Assembly (NCBI GenBank): GCA_013151415.1
Contig: JAADII010000169.1
Coordinates: 2,545 to 66,544 of the forward strand
Source: Chloroflexota bacterium
GTDB lineage: Bacteria > Chloroflexota > Anaerolineae > J102
Length of the DNA: 64,000 nt
Direction of reading: 5' to 3'
Shown: piece after piece, positions 61,402 through 64,000 of the stretch
Numbering within the stretch: position 1 is the stretch's first letter
How the letters are laid out: every line of letters begins with the position of its first letter
Notes under the pieces: generated by a model
What the model was told of the DNA's origin: nothing
Seen by the model: only the letters and a program-made list of their open reading frames with translations
Database searches by the model: none
Program-made: the position numbers and the translations under genes

Positions 61402-61779
61402 ATGGAGATGGATAAAATGGTCAGCTCACTGCGAGACCACGTGATCCAAGCGCCCCCCAATGAGCCCATCTATCATCCCTCGGTCGCGGCTACATTGGCG
61501 GGATTGAGCCTCGAAGAGTTGGAGCGAGCCTGCGAAGAGGGCTTGATCACGCCCAAAGTGCGCGCGGACGGTTCGGTGGGATATACGCGTAAGGATATTT
61601 ACCAGCTCACCCGCATTCGGCGCCTGCGCGAAGATTTAGGGCTAGATTGGGATGCACTGGCCACGGTGTTGCATTTGCGCGCGCAGGTGCTGCGAATGCG
61701 ACGCGAGATTTATTTGTTGCAACGCCTCCTCGCGCTCCAGGAAGAGGAGTTCTTGAAAGCGCTGCAAACATGGATATGA
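61402..61779 (+). CDS. MerR-family heat-shock regulator / chaperone modulator (HspR/CbpM-like)
   Basis: MerR-type HTH YHPSVAATLAGLSLEELERACEEGLI. It lies immediately downstream of the J-domain gene. Confidence 0.65.
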   Translation: MEMDKMVSSLRDHVIQAPPNEPIYHPSVAATLAGLSLEELERACEEGLITPKVRADGSVGYTRKDIYQLTRIRRLREDLGLDWDALATVLHLRAQVLRMRREIYLLQRLLALQEEEFLKALQTWI

Positions 61780-61996
61780 AGCATGGGGAGAGGAAAACGG
61801 GAAGTTGACAGGGGGAGGGGCTCACTTTACAATTATGCCGCTGGGCCGATGGCCTCAGCGGCCGCGCCTGGTCTATAAGAACTTTGCCAAGTTGCTTGAC
61901 AAATCGTCGCGTATGACGTATTGCGCCCTCTGTGTCGCGCATGCATGAGGGCTTTCTTCCGCCGCAATTTGATCCAGTGCGCATTACGTCATGTGA

Positions 61997-64000
<2,004 letters not shown>

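Overview
This is a 64 kb high-GC (about 60-65%) bacterial chromosomal segment with a few lower-GC islands. The taxon is not determinable from sequence alone; the domain inventory (DUF11/GEVED/Gmad2 proteins, fused PurS-PurL) may point to a Chloroflexota-like bacterium. Core genes include purL-purQ, guaB, moaA, psuG, cysS, rlmB, maeB, a nucleoside phosphorylase, a thiolase, grpE with a dnaJ-like gene, and katG. Accessory content is interleaved with these.

Five things stand out. (1) Two TIR-domain genes lie 3.8 kb apart. One is a membrane-spanning TIR-STAND NTPase whose C-terminal FGE/sulfatase-type sensor domain is predicted to lie outside the cytoplasmic membrane. The other is a coiled-coil-TIR protein coupled to two uncharacterised ORFs. 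(2) A 2320-aa surface protein carries about 520-bp near-identical tandem repeats. (3) A pentameric ligand-gated ion channel homolog has a roughly 330-aa N-terminal double-domain extension. (4) There are two toxin-antitoxin pairs: HEPN/MNT and VapBC. (5) Two dispersed repeat families are present, a GGGACGATGG hairpin family at seven or more loci and a GAAATGACAACGAAT family next to an IS3-like transposase fragment.

prmC appears frameshifted. No rRNA, tRNA or CRISPR array was found. Many long antisense ORFs in the six-frame track are high-GC artifacts and were rejected.
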